This document shows, piece after piece, positions 37,551-47,343 of a DNA stretch of 64,000 nucleotides (position 1 is the first letter of the stretch; every line of letters begins with the position of its first letter). The notes under the pieces were generated by a model. The model had not been told where the DNA came from and made no database searches. It saw nothing but the letters and a program-made list of their open reading frames with translations. The translations under genes and the position numbers were made by a program. Source of the DNA: Pedobacter sp. GTDB taxonomy: Bacteria > Desulfobacterota > Desulfuromonadia > Desulfuromonadales > Syntrophotaleaceae. The stretch covers positions 1-64,000 of the forward strand of contig JBFWJC010000001.1 of the NCBI GenBank assembly GCA_050253415.1. Direction: 5' to 3'.

Positions 37551-38545
37551 CTGACACCACCGACAACCCGCAACTCCCCCGCGTTGAACATTCCGATCAG
37601 ATCCCAGGGGGCCCGGCGCACCAGATGGCCCAGCGGGCCCTCCGGAGCAGCTCCCCGCAACGCATCGGTCGCGGCGTGCAGGCGCTGCTCCAGGGCCGTC
37701 TGCATGGCGTCGCCAAGCTCCTGCAGATACGGCAGCAACGCCGACATCGGAACCACCGCCCCGCTGCGAATCGCCCCGCAGACCGCGGCGAGACTTTGTG
37801 GGAGAAAAAACCGTAATGCCGGCGCCAACTCGGCCAGTTCGCCGGGGCTCAACGTCGCCCTGCCAAGGGCTTGTGCCACCTCCTGCAGATCGTCGGCGAT
37901 CTGGTAGGCCTCGCCGATTTTCTGACCGTAACGCCGCCAGAGCAACTGCTGAGGGCCATCGACACCGCCCGCCACCGCACCGAGTTCGCAGGCGGCCGCA
38001 AACAAAATGCCGGTCTTGAGGGCGATGATGCTTTCATAATCGACCGAACAGGCATCATCCCGGCCCACCGCTTCCAGCATGGCAACGGCATCAAGCGGCT
38101 CCTGATAGGCCCCGCGGGACAGGTCGGCGATGGCTTTGGCGACGATGCCGCAATCCTCCCGCCCCAGTTCGCTCATTCGGTGAATCGCCGAGGAAAAGAC
38201 CACATCCCCCAACAGAACCGCCCGACGGGCACCGGCCAGCGTCCAGAGGGCGGGCTGATTCCTGCGGAATCGATGCTGATCGACAAAATCGTCATGCACC
38301 AGGGTAGCGGTCTGGATCAGCTCCACGGCCACCGCACGCGGCATGGCCGCCTCCAGGCTGCCGCCAAGGCTGGCAGTAACCAGGCACAGCAGCGCACCGC
38401 GAATCCTCTTGCCGCCGGTCAATCCGGGCAAGTCATGCGGATGACCGAAAACGACAGGTCCCAGCAGTTGCTCCAACTGGCTGCTGACTGCGGCATCCAG
38501 CGCCGGCTTTACATGGGCAGCGTATTCCTGAAAACAGGCGGGCAT
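37547..38545 (-). CDS. Polyprenyl diphosphate synthase family protein
   Basis: GGKRIRG, LVHDDFVD..RR (FARM), LKTG.LF, YQIADDL (SARM). Confidence 0.9.
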   Translation of the reverse strand: MPACFQEYAAHVKPALDAAVSSQLEQLLGPVVFGHPHDLPGLTGGKRIRGALLCLVTASLGGSLEAAMPRAVAVELIQTATLVHDDFVDQHRFRRNQPALWTLAGARRAVLLGDVVFSSAIHRMSELGREDCGIVAKAIADLSRGAYQEPLDAVAMLEAVGRDDACSVDYESIIALKTGILFAAACELGAVAGGVDGPQQLLWRRYGQKIGEAYQIADDLQEVAQALGRATLSPGELAELAPALRFFLPQSLAAVCGAIRSGAVVPMSALLPYLQELGDAMQTALEQRLHAATDALRGAAPEGPLGHLVRRAPWDLIGMFNAGELRVVGGVS

Positions 38546-38633
38546 GGACTACCTCCGCATCGGGGAAATTGGGCAAGCCAGAAGGCAGCCGAGGGGGCTA
38601 CAATGCTGCGGCCCGGTTGTCTGAAAAGAGACA

Positions 38634-39368
38634 TCATCCCGCGGCGCGCGCGGCCAGCAACCCCGCCCCCAGCAGGATCACCCCCAGGCTGATGCATTTG
38701 AGCAGGGTTTCGTAACGCTCCAGCAACGCCTGCTGCCCGTCGTCAAGTTCCGACTGCTTGCGTTTCAACGCCTTGTAAGGGCGGGAAACCTTGATCTCCA
38801 CCAGGCTGAAAAGCGCCATGGCCGCGGCCAGCAACAAAGCGGCAAACGAGAGGCGATTGGTCTGCATGACATAGCCGGCTAGCACCGGCAGCGCCCCCCA
38901 GGAAAAAGCGAACCAGCCATCGGTGTGGAAATGGCCGCCAAACAGTTCGAGGTTGTAGGCAAACACGAAAAACCCCTCGAGCAGGGCGATGCTCCACAAC
39001 AGCGGTACGTAGCGAATCATGTAGTAACCGGCGATGCCGTATGCAGCAGCCAAAGAGGCAAGCGCCAGCCACCACAACTGGGAACGGCTGAAGACGCTGC
39101 CCCAGGGTTTCACCCCTTTGCCGCCCAAGGCATCGAGGGCGTGAGCAGCGATCCCCAGGCCGAAGAAATAAACCAGTACGATGGCCCCTATCCGCCCGTA
39201 TATGAGCTGCCGGGCCAGCAGCGAGCCGATGACGGCAAACGACAGCACCATGCCGGTATAGGGCAGAAACAGCAACCCGACAAAGGTGCGGAACCGCAAA
39301 GATCCCCATTGCGGCACAAACCATTCTGTCCCCCGGGCAGGCTCTCCGCTAATCTGATGAGGTTTCAT
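38634..39368 (-). CDS. Polytopic membrane protein, distantly UbiA-prenyltransferase-like
   Basis: ~7 TM helices, AAHALDALG Asp motif, FAYNLELFGG.FHTD, WGALPVLAGY resemble UbiA superfamily segments. Confidence 0.55.
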   Translation of the reverse strand: MKPHQISGEPARGTEWFVPQWGSLRFRTFVGLLFLPYTGMVLSFAVIGSLLARQLIYGRIGAIVLVYFFGLGIAAHALDALGGKGVKPWGSVFSRSQLWWLALASLAAAYGIAGYYMIRYVPLLWSIALLEGFFVFAYNLELFGGHFHTDGWFAFSWGALPVLAGYVMQTNRLSFAALLLAAAMALFSLVEIKVSRPYKALKRKQSELDDGQQALLERYETLLKCISLGVILLGAGLLAARAAG

Positions 39369-40065
39369 GGGTGGAATCCTCTTTATCGATATCGAAAAAA
39401 TGTTCCGGAAATACAGGATCTATGCGCAACTGGCGAAAATCGATGCGTCTTCTCAACTGCCCCGCCGGCGTCCGTTCCTCCACGGCCACGGGCAACCAGA
39501 GGGTCTTGTCGATAACAAAAAGGTAACGGGTCGTAACTCCGGACAGGAAGTGATCGGCCGCCACCACATCGAGCCTCAGTTGCCGACCCTGCTCGGTGAC
39601 CTGCAGCGCACCATAGCTTTGATCGGTCAGGCTGCGACCGATATTGCGAATCAGCAAACCGATGTCGGACTGGTCGATGCGCTGCCCTGAGCGGGTTGCA
39701 AACAGAGCGTTGTCCGGCGCGAGACGCAGATGCACAAATTCCATCCAGCCGCCAAACCGAACCCACACCTTGCCGTTTTCGTCGGGATAGACCAGACGCA
39801 TACCCGGATGCGGAGTATGCATATCGATACGCAGCCGACCGGGCTTCTGGAAAGAGAACCGAAAGCGCCGGGTCGCCACCAGCCGACTCTTTTGGTACTC
39901 GCTGGTCTCCACCTCGATCTGATAGGCCCCGATCCCGGCATAGGCTGTTTTCAGACGTTCCAGGATGGCGTTTGCATCGCCTGGCGCCTGAGGCAACGAA
40001 CCGGCCTGCACATCCATAACCGGCAATAAGGCCAGTCCGCAAACAAGAAACCGCCACAGAGTCAA
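39349..40065 (-). CDS. LolA-like outer-membrane lipoprotein carrier/sorting protein
   Basis: Signal peptide, FQKPGRLRI, IDKTLWLPVAVE, F..L.ID..FP...F. Confidence 0.65.
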   Translation of the reverse strand: MTLWRFLVCGLALLPVMDVQAGSLPQAPGDANAILERLKTAYAGIGAYQIEVETSEYQKSRLVATRRFRFSFQKPGRLRIDMHTPHPGMRLVYPDENGKVWVRFGGWMEFVHLRLAPDNALFATRSGQRIDQSDIGLLIRNIGRSLTDQSYGALQVTEQGRQLRLDVVAADHFLSGVTTRYLFVIDKTLWLPVAVEERTPAGQLRRRIDFRQLRIDPVFPEHFFDIDKEDSTHETSSD

Positions 40066-40076
40066 TAAAACTCCCC

Positions 40077-40469
40077 TTACTGAATCACCTCGATGCGGCC
40101 GCTCATACCGAGGGTCTCATGCAAAGGCTTGTTGCAAAAAAATTTCCAGGTGCCGCCTTCGGTCAGATCCAGAGGGATCTCTACCGATTCGCCGGCACCC
40201 AGATCTACGCTTCGGACGACGTCCCCGGTCGGATTCTTGATGGTCAGGTTATGGGCTGTTGCAACGGCATTCGTCACCTGGAGCAACAGATGGTCTCCAT
40301 GATGTGCTCGAATCACCATCGGGATTAACGAAAAGTTGCTGGCACGGATAGCAATAACCTGCCTCCCCTCGCTTGGCACCACGGTTACCACGGTCGTTTT
40401 TTGTGCGCAGGCGGACAGTATCAGGAACAGCAAACAAACACACAATTTCAGCGGAGGCCAATTTTTCAT
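40077..40469 (-). CDS. Cupredoxin-domain lipoprotein
   Basis: LSAC lipobox; HNLTI ... FCNKPLHETLGMSG type-1 copper ligands. Confidence 0.8.
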   Translation of the reverse strand: MKNWPPLKLCVCLLFLILSACAQKTTVVTVVPSEGRQVIAIRASNFSLIPMVIRAHHGDHLLLQVTNAVATAHNLTIKNPTGDVVRSVDLGAGESVEIPLDLTEGGTWKFFCNKPLHETLGMSGRIEVIQ

Positions 40470-40572
40470 GATCTTCACCTCTGATGCATTCGCAAAAACT
40501 CGATACTTCCAGATTGAAGCCTGCTATAAACTTAACCTGTTGCACCACTATTTCAAGCACGGGAGCCTGATC

Positions 40573-41451
40573 ATGGATTTACCGGAGCATGTTATTGAAG
40601 CCCTGAACCGTGGCAACAAGATCGAGGCGATCAAGCGCCTGCGGGAGTTCCGGGGTATGGGCCTCGCAGAAGCCAAGCAGGCGATTGAGACCTGGCAGAA
40701 AACCGGGGCCGCAACCTCTTCGAGCCCCGGCCATGGCCATCCGCAAACACGGTCGTTACCGGAAGATGTGGTTGCTTCGCTGCTTGCAGGCAACAAGATC
40801 GAAGCGATCAAGCGCCTGCGCAAGACACAGTCGCTAGGGCTCAAGGATGCCAAGAATACGGTTGAAGCGTGGCTCGCCGGACAGTCGGACCTTGCAGCCG
40901 TCCCCGGTAAAGGGGCCAGACGCGCTCCGCAGCCAAACCTTTTGCTGGCTTTGGCGGTCATCGTGACATTTGCCTGGATGTTTATTCACCTGATTGACGT
41001 GGCGGGCGCCATTATCGTCCTGAGCCATCAAAATGGTTACCGGCAGGGCATCTTCAGCGTTGAAAAACTCCGATACGACACCGATGGCGAAGGCGGGCGG
41101 ATGTGGGGGTTCGAGGGGCAGGTGGCCGGACGGCATGAGCGCTATTACGCGCCGTCCCTTGCCGATGCGGATACCTTGGAATATGCCGGTCTGCGCCGAC
41201 GGTTTCCCCCCGGAACGCAACTGACGGTCTGGTACAACCCCAGAGTGACCAAAATCCTGTTTCAGGGGCGCAGCCTGGGCGTCCTGCCGTTTTCTGAGAA
41301 TCTGGCCGCGACTGAAATCGCGCGTCTGCAGTGGTGGAGCGTTTACTGTCTGCTGCCTTTCGTGCTGGTCCTCGGGTTCGCCGCAAGGATAAAAAAACGG
41401 CCCCAACAACCGAATGCCGAAAACGGCCGGCCGCTGGTGCCGGGGGTATAG
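40573..41451 (+). CDS. Membrane protein with two ribosomal L7/L12 C-terminal-like repeats
   Basis: Twice LPE.V...L..GNKIEAIKRLR...GL..AK..E; two TM segments flanking V.YNP domain. Confidence 0.75.
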   Translation: MDLPEHVIEALNRGNKIEAIKRLREFRGMGLAEAKQAIETWQKTGAATSSSPGHGHPQTRSLPEDVVASLLAGNKIEAIKRLRKTQSLGLKDAKNTVEAWLAGQSDLAAVPGKGARRAPQPNLLLALAVIVTFAWMFIHLIDVAGAIIVLSHQNGYRQGIFSVEKLRYDTDGEGGRMWGFEGQVAGRHERYYAPSLADADTLEYAGLRRRFPPGTQLTVWYNPRVTKILFQGRSLGVLPFSENLAATEIARLQWWSVYCLLPFVLVLGFAARIKKRPQQPNAENGRPLVPGV

Positions 41452-41568
41452 GCTTCTAAGGCCGGGACATGGCCTTCAGCCGACAACCGCAGCCTTTTTC
41501 ATGAGGGTAGAAAAAAACCTATTGGAAGGTGCGTAGCATTTAACCGGAGATTTGGACCGGAAAGATAA

Positions 41569-41600
41569 AAAGGGGGCGGCCAATAAGGCCGCCCCCTTTG
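41569..41600. terminator. Intrinsic terminator hairpin
   Basis: AAAGGGGGCGGCC-AATAA-GGCCGCCCCCTTT; resembles hairpin at ~47284-47306. Confidence 0.65.
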
Positions 41601-41632
41601 CAAAAGAAATAAAAGGCCACCGGCCCGCTCCA

Positions 41633-41737
41633 TCAATCGTCTGACATCTCCTGCTCGAAGGTTCCGAAGGAGTAATCAAAAATCTCCATAAATTCGAGTC
41701 TCTGTGTTGAACTCCCGGAATTACCAACGATGGCGTA
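41633..41737 (-). pseudogene. Diverged duplicate of 3' end of phosphate transporter gene at 47344
   Basis: YAIVGN..LEFMEIFDYSFGTFEQEMSDD* vs YAIVGN..LELLEIFDHSFGTFEQEMADD*. Confidence 0.85.
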
Positions 41738-41771
41738 TCAGACGTAGGAACGCATCGGTTTTTACAAAATA

Positions 41772-41975
41772 TCAGGCGCTATAAAAGAAGGTTACATACA
41801 CATAACCTGCCGTCATCAGGACGAAAAAAACCATCCCGGCCCAGCTGAGGGTTTTCAGGAATCTACCGGGACGATCTTTTTCCGGCACGTTAGAACCGTT
41901 CATGACTTTATAATTAATACCGGCCAGAATCGGTGAGGTAACGAAAGATATCACCGCGGCGAAGGTCAGAAGCTG
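41772..41975 (-). pseudogene. 3' remnant of a membrane transporter (Nramp/divalent cation-like C-terminus)
   Basis: LLTFAAVISFVTSPILAGINYKVM...P...LKTLSWAGMVFF with no own start. Confidence 0.55.
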
Positions 41976-42058
41976 GAATTGGCCGATTCCGCGATGACCA
42001 TCAAGGGGCGAATCAAGACCTCGCCGATCCGCCTGCCGCCCCTTGATTGCGGACATTT

Positions 42059-43906
42059 TCATAACGGCCAGATCCACAGCAGCATCGGAAGACTGACGAC
42101 GATCACCAGAATTTCCATCGGCAGTCCCAAGCGCCAGTAATCGCCGAAACGAAACCCGCCGGGACCCAGAATCAAGGTATTGTTTTGATGCCCGATGGGA
42201 GTTAAAAATGCGCAGGAGGCACCGATGGCCACCGCCATGAGAAAGGAATCCGCGCTGACTCCTAGTTGTGCGGCAGTACTGATGGAGATCGGGCACATGA
42301 CCGCAGCGGTAGCGGCATTATTCATGAAATCCGACAGGGTCATGGTAACGATCAGAATCAGTGCCAAAGCAGCAACCGGATACCCCTGGGCGAAATTTTT
42401 CAGTAATCCCCGGGCCAGCAGATCAGCGGCACCGCTCGAAGCCATGGCCTCGGCGACGGGAAATAGCGCTCCTAATAAAATGATGACCGGCCAATCGATG
42501 GCTTCATAAACCATGCGCGGCGGCATGATGCGCAACACCATGAAAGCCAGTACCCCCGAAGCAAAGGCCACAGCAGCGGGCAACAGACCGAAGGCCGCAG
42601 CGCCAATCGCTAGCCCCATGATAAGCACCGCCAGGGTAGCGCGACCTTTGACAGGCAGACTGATGGCACGCTTTGCCAGCGGCACGCAGGCATAGGTGGA
42701 CGTAAATCCGGACAAGCCCGCCTGTGAACCTTGCATCAGCAATACATCTCCCGCCTGAATCGAGGCACTCCGCAAACGCTGGATGGACCGCCGCCCCTGG
42801 CGTGAAATGGCCAGCAGGTTGAGGCCATAACGGGTGCGCAGCTGAATAGCGGCGGCAGAGCGGCCGATCAAACCCGAAGTCGGCATGACAACCAGCTCTT
42901 GCAGCTCGATTTCACCTCCCTGAGAATCTTTTTCTTCATTCGACTTTATTTCGTCCGGTTCCCCTTCGGGACGATCCGAAACGATCGATTCATCCTTATC
43001 CTCTTTTGCCTGTACGGGGACCTCTTCCTCCAGCTTCAGGCCGAGGCTCGACAAAACATCGGCAAGGGACTCGGGTTCGGCCTCGATTACGAGGATGTCT
43101 CCCTCGCGCAGCAGCCTGGTGGGATTGGGCGCCGAGATGCGAAAATCGTTGCGCACCATGCCAACCACCTGGGCATCAGCCTCCTCCATGGTACTTTCAA
43201 CTTCATGCAGCGTCTTACCCGCGGCCTTGGCTCCGGGGGTGACACGGACTTCGGTAAAATAGGTGCCGGTGTCGAAGGTTGCAGCCCCGGCCGCCTCGCG
43301 CGAAGGGACCAACCGCCAGCCCACCAAGACGGCAAAAACAATGCCTGCCCCGGCAACCGCAGCGCCGACCGGCGTAAAATCGAACATGCCAAACCCACCC
43401 AACCCGGTTTCGGCTCGGAAACCCGCAACGATAAGGTTGGGCGGAGTACCTATCAGGGTCGTCATGCCACCGAGGATCGTTCCAAAAGACAAGGGCATCA
43501 GCGCCCTGCCGGGGGGAACCTCAAGTCTGTTTGCAACTTGCACCGCCACCGGCATCAGCAACGCCATGGCACCGACATTGTTCATAAAACCGGAAAGAAT
43601 CGCACCCAGCAGGATGAGTGCTCCGATACTAGGCGTCATACCCGCCGATTTGGGTAATACACGCTGGATCAGCGCATCTACCGCGCCGGTAGCCTGCAAT
43701 CCCGCACTCAGCACCAGCACACAGGCAACGGTTATCACCGCCGGATGTCCCAGGCCAACGAAAGCCCTCTCAACCGGCACCAAACCCGCAAACACACAGG
43801 CCAACAGTGAAGCCATGGCCACCATGTCGTGACGCCAACGCCCCCACATAAACAGACTGATCGTCCCTGCGAGAATCACAAAAATGACCACTTGGTCGTT
43901 GATCAT
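42059..43906 (-). CDS. SLC13/DASS family permease with two TrkA-C domains
   Basis: SGFMNNVGA, TLIGTPPNL, SDFMNNAATA, FLTPIGHQNN, F.DYWRLGLP. Confidence 0.92.
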   Translation of the reverse strand: MINDQVVIFVILAGTISLFMWGRWRHDMVAMASLLACVFAGLVPVERAFVGLGHPAVITVACVLVLSAGLQATGAVDALIQRVLPKSAGMTPSIGALILLGAILSGFMNNVGAMALLMPVAVQVANRLEVPPGRALMPLSFGTILGGMTTLIGTPPNLIVAGFRAETGLGGFGMFDFTPVGAAVAGAGIVFAVLVGWRLVPSREAAGAATFDTGTYFTEVRVTPGAKAAGKTLHEVESTMEEADAQVVGMVRNDFRISAPNPTRLLREGDILVIEAEPESLADVLSSLGLKLEEEVPVQAKEDKDESIVSDRPEGEPDEIKSNEEKDSQGGEIELQELVVMPTSGLIGRSAAAIQLRTRYGLNLLAISRQGRRSIQRLRSASIQAGDVLLMQGSQAGLSGFTSTYACVPLAKRAISLPVKGRATLAVLIMGLAIGAAAFGLLPAAVAFASGVLAFMVLRIMPPRMVYEAIDWPVIILLGALFPVAEAMASSGAADLLARGLLKNFAQGYPVAALALILIVTMTLSDFMNNAATAAVMCPISISTAAQLGVSADSFLMAVAIGASCAFLTPIGHQNNTLILGPGGFRFGDYWRLGLPMEILVIVVSLPMLLWIWPL

Positions 43907-44218
43907 AGAGGGTTCTCCACGCCGCTATGGCAGTGACATGCCTACAAAGTATCTATTAACAATACGACTTTATTTTAACTGGTCATGTGCCTGACGCATT
44001 TTTCATCGCGATTTGCATCACTCGTAAGAAGTATATCTGACGGGGGAGGTTGTTTCGAGATGAAGGAAAATCGAGTCCGGATTATTGTGCGATAAACAGG
44101 CCAATACACCCCGGGATTGCGACCGACCGACGTTGAACCATGGACCGCTCTGTCAATAATACATTTCACTGGTAAAGTACATAGAGAGGGATTTAACCCG
44201 GAGCGAAGGAGGATGCCA

Positions 44219-45061
44219 ATGCCTTGGGAAGCGGAGTTCTGGACCGAACACTTTCACGAGATGCTGGTTACCGACGTGGTGCGTTGGTTGCCCGTGCTGG
44301 GGGTGGCGCTGGTGTTGCTGCTTTTCGGCTGGCTGGCGGCCCGTCTGGCCCAGTTCGTTATCAAAGGAATATTAAAGCGTCTCGGTCTGGACCGTCTCGG
44401 CGAAAAGTCAGGTGCGGCGCGACTGCTGGATGACCTGGACCTCGGCACTTCCGTGTCGCAGTTGGTGGCCCGACTGGTTTACTGGTTGGTACTGCTGGTG
44501 TTCGTGCTTGCGGCGACGGAGAGCCTCGGCCTGCAGGGGATAAGCACCACATTGCAAGGCCTGGTCGACTATCTGCCCAGTGTGCTGGCGGCCATGCTGA
44601 TCCTGTTGTTCGGCGGTCTGATCGCCCGGCTGGTAGGTACAACCCTGGGCGCCTTGGCAGACCGGTCAGGCATTCGGGGAGGATTGGCTTTGGGGCAAGT
44701 GACCCGCTATGTCATTTTAGTCTTCGTGGTCGTATTGGCCCTGGAACAGCTGGGAGTGGAAACCACCTTGCTGGTAAATCTGGCCACCGTGCTGATAACC
44801 GCCATACTTCTGGCACTGGCCGTGGCCTTCGGCTGGGGGAGTCGAGAACTGGCCAGGAACATCATGGCCGGGTTTCATCTGCGGGAAAGCTTCGTGGTCG
44901 GCCAGAGGTTGCAGGTGCGAGGTCATCGCGGTCAATTGCTGGTCATCGGTCCGGTCAAAGCCCTCCTCGACACCGAAGCCGGTCGGGTGTCGCTGCCCAA
45001 TAGCGTTCTCATTGAGGAAGAGGTGCTGATCATGCCGGAAGAAGGATCTGAAGGGTCATGA
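44219..45061 (+). CDS. Mechanosensitive channel-related protein (TM helix repeats, MscS-like beta domain)
   Basis: Repeated LP.VL.A..ILL.G.LIAR helices, AFGWGSRE..RNIMAG, SLPNS. Confidence 0.75.
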   Translation: MPWEAEFWTEHFHEMLVTDVVRWLPVLGVALVLLLFGWLAARLAQFVIKGILKRLGLDRLGEKSGAARLLDDLDLGTSVSQLVARLVYWLVLLVFVLAATESLGLQGISTTLQGLVDYLPSVLAAMLILLFGGLIARLVGTTLGALADRSGIRGGLALGQVTRYVILVFVVVLALEQLGVETTLLVNLATVLITAILLALAVAFGWGSRELARNIMAGFHLRESFVVGQRLQVRGHRGQLLVIGPVKALLDTEAGRVSLPNSVLIEEEVLIMPEEGSEGS

Positions 45062-46773
45062 CGGAGCGTCATATCCAGGTACGGGACTATGTGGACGGTA
45101 AACTTACCGGCCAGGCGGCCAGGGAAGCCGAGGCACATCTGCTGCGGTGCGGACGCTGCCGACAGGCGGTGGATACAATGCAGCGGCACCGGGGTAAGAA
45201 TGCCGCTCGCGTTCTGGGACGCTTCGTAAGGGGTTTGCTGCGCGGGGAACTTGTCCTTGTCGAACCGCTGCTGACCAAGCTGCATCTGGCTGTCCGCCCC
45301 CGGGCGGAGGAAAGCAAGGGACTGAACGAACCTCTGCGGGTGCTGCGCCCACTGCTACTCAGCGGCGTCGGCAGGGTATGGCGTTTTGTCGGACGTTTTG
45401 GTCTGGTGCTGGCCATGACCGGCGGCGTACTGCTGCTGCCCCTCCCCGAAGGGCTGTCCGTCGCCGGGCAGCGCGGTCTGGCCGCTTTCATCTTCACCGC
45501 CGGGGTATTGGCTCTGGAACCGGTTTCCCTGCCCATCGCCGCCCTTATGGTGCCGGTCGCCCAGGTGATCCTGGGAATTGCCACCACCCCCCAGTCTTTT
45601 GAGACATTTTCCCGTCCGGTGGTGTTTCTGATCCTGGCCAGTCTGTTTCTGGCTGAAGCACTGCGCAAGCACGGCCTGACAAGGCGGCTGGCTCTGGCTA
45701 CCATTGTCGCTTCGGGGGGCGGCACCGGCATGCTGCTGCTGGGATTGATGAGCATTTCCGCCCTATTTTCCATGTGGGTGGGCAATACCGCCACCGCTGC
45801 CATGCTGATCCCCGTCGCCATGACCATCTCACGGCAGGTTGAATTCAAGGATGAAGCCTCCGACCTGCTGGCACTGCTCGCCCTCGGCATTGCCTACAGC
45901 GCCAGCCTAGGAGGCATGGTCACCATCCTGGGTGCCGCTGCCAACGCCGTAGCCTCGGGTTTTTTGAGCCAGATCATGCCTTGGACGTTTCTCGACTGGC
46001 TGAAATACGGCCTGCCGGCTTTTATGGTTATTTTTCCCCTGACCTGGTTTCTGCTCTACAAATTCATGCCGATAACCGTCGCCCGTCTCGACGTGGACCC
46101 GGCGCGCCAGCAGGTAAGGGAAATGGGCCCCATGAGCCGCGTGGAGGTGGAGATTCTGGTGATGCTGCTGGTCACCGCCTGCCTATGGGTCGGAGGCCCC
46201 TTCCTGGAAACCGCTCTGGGACTTCCGCATACGCTTTTTTCTGCAGCGCTGGTGGCCGTGATGGCGGTATGTTACCTGGCAATCCGGGAAATCATCGATT
46301 GGGAAGACCTCAAAGGCATCAGCTGGGGAATCTTTCTGATTATCGGTGCCGGTCTGAGTCTGGGGGAAGCCCTGGTCCGCACCGGCGTCACCGAATGGTT
46401 TGCACTTTTGATTCGTCCGTTGGTGACCGGCCCGTCGCTGCTCATCACCCTGATGTCACTGGTAACAATTTCCGCCTTGCTCACCAACTTGCTGAACAAC
46501 ACCACCATCGCCGCGGTGTTCGTGCCGGTGCTGATCGCCCTGGCACGAGACAATCCATCCCTGGATCCGGTGCTGCTTGTTTTGTCCGTAACCCTGGCGA
46601 CCACATTTGGCTACTCTCTTCCGTCAGCTTCCGGACGCATGGCCCTGGTGTCCGCCACCGGTATCGTATCGCGAGGCACCATGCTGCGTTACGGGCTGCT
46701 CATGACTCTGGTCAGTTCTCTGGTGCTGGCGGGGTTGTTCTACCTGTTTGCCCGGATCGGGTTTATTGGGTAA
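45058..46773 (+). CDS. DASS/SLC13 anion transporter with N-terminal zf-HC2 (HxxxCxxC) domain
   Basis: YVDGKL...EAHLLRCGRCRQ; SMWVGNTATAAM, YSASLGG, TNLLNNTT, GYSLPSAS. Confidence 0.85.
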   Translation: MTERHIQVRDYVDGKLTGQAAREAEAHLLRCGRCRQAVDTMQRHRGKNAARVLGRFVRGLLRGELVLVEPLLTKLHLAVRPRAEESKGLNEPLRVLRPLLLSGVGRVWRFVGRFGLVLAMTGGVLLLPLPEGLSVAGQRGLAAFIFTAGVLALEPVSLPIAALMVPVAQVILGIATTPQSFETFSRPVVFLILASLFLAEALRKHGLTRRLALATIVASGGGTGMLLLGLMSISALFSMWVGNTATAAMLIPVAMTISRQVEFKDEASDLLALLALGIAYSASLGGMVTILGAAANAVASGFLSQIMPWTFLDWLKYGLPAFMVIFPLTWFLLYKFMPITVARLDVDPARQQVREMGPMSRVEVEILVMLLVTACLWVGGPFLETALGLPHTLFSAALVAVMAVCYLAIREIIDWEDLKGISWGIFLIIGAGLSLGEALVRTGVTEWFALLIRPLVTGPSLLITLMSLVTISALLTNLLNNTTIAAVFVPVLIALARDNPSLDPVLLVLSVTLATTFGYSLPSASGRMALVSATGIVSRGTMLRYGLLMTLVSSLVLAGLFYLFARIGFIG

Positions 46774-46833
46774 GTCTAAGGTGCAAGGTGAGGGGGGCAG
46801 ATATCACAGATCGGGAAGTTGAAAGGAGGAACA

Positions 46834-47178
46834 ATGCGAATTCTGGTGATCGGCGCCGGTCGTACCGGAGCCAACGTGCTTAAACAACTGCGCAAAAATC
46901 CTCTTATCGAGATCATTACCGCCGATCCCCGCAAAGAGCACTACGCTGTGGATGAAGGGATTATCGATCAGGTGGATATTCACGAAGTGCTGACGCCGTT
47001 GACCCTGGAGACGGTACTGGAACAGGCTCAGCCCGACCTGGTACTGCTGGCCATGGCCACCGAGGACATGGGACTCGGCAAAGCCCCGGGCATGGACATC
47101 CTGGCCGGTGCTCTAAAGGAAGAACTCTGTGCCCTGAGTAAGGTGCCGGTGATAGAGGTGGCGCGGGTGCGAAGGTAA
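46834..47178 (+). CDS. Small Rossmann-fold (TrkA-N-like) protein
   Basis: MRILVIGAGRTG after AAAGGAGG RBS. Confidence 0.7.
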   Translation: MRILVIGAGRTGANVLKQLRKNPLIEIITADPRKEHYAVDEGIIDQVDIHEVLTPLTLETVLEQAQPDLVLLAMATEDMGLGKAPGMDILAGALKEELCALSKVPVIEVARVRR

Positions 47179-47343
47179 AAGTTGCGTTCAAGGCGGGCGG
47201 CTGCCCGGCCCTTTTTCCACAGAGGGTCCTGTCGGCCTGGGTAAACCGGCGAACCTCCGGACGAATTGAAACGAAAAACAACAAGGGCGGCCGCTGTGGC
47301 CGCCCTATGTTAAAAAAAACTCCGCGAATCGCCTGCCCTACCT

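Noticed and set aside
40336..40572. N-terminal part of the 371-aa ORF
   Set aside because: Overlaps the divergent cupredoxin gene; recognisable domain starts at ATG 40573 after GGGAG.
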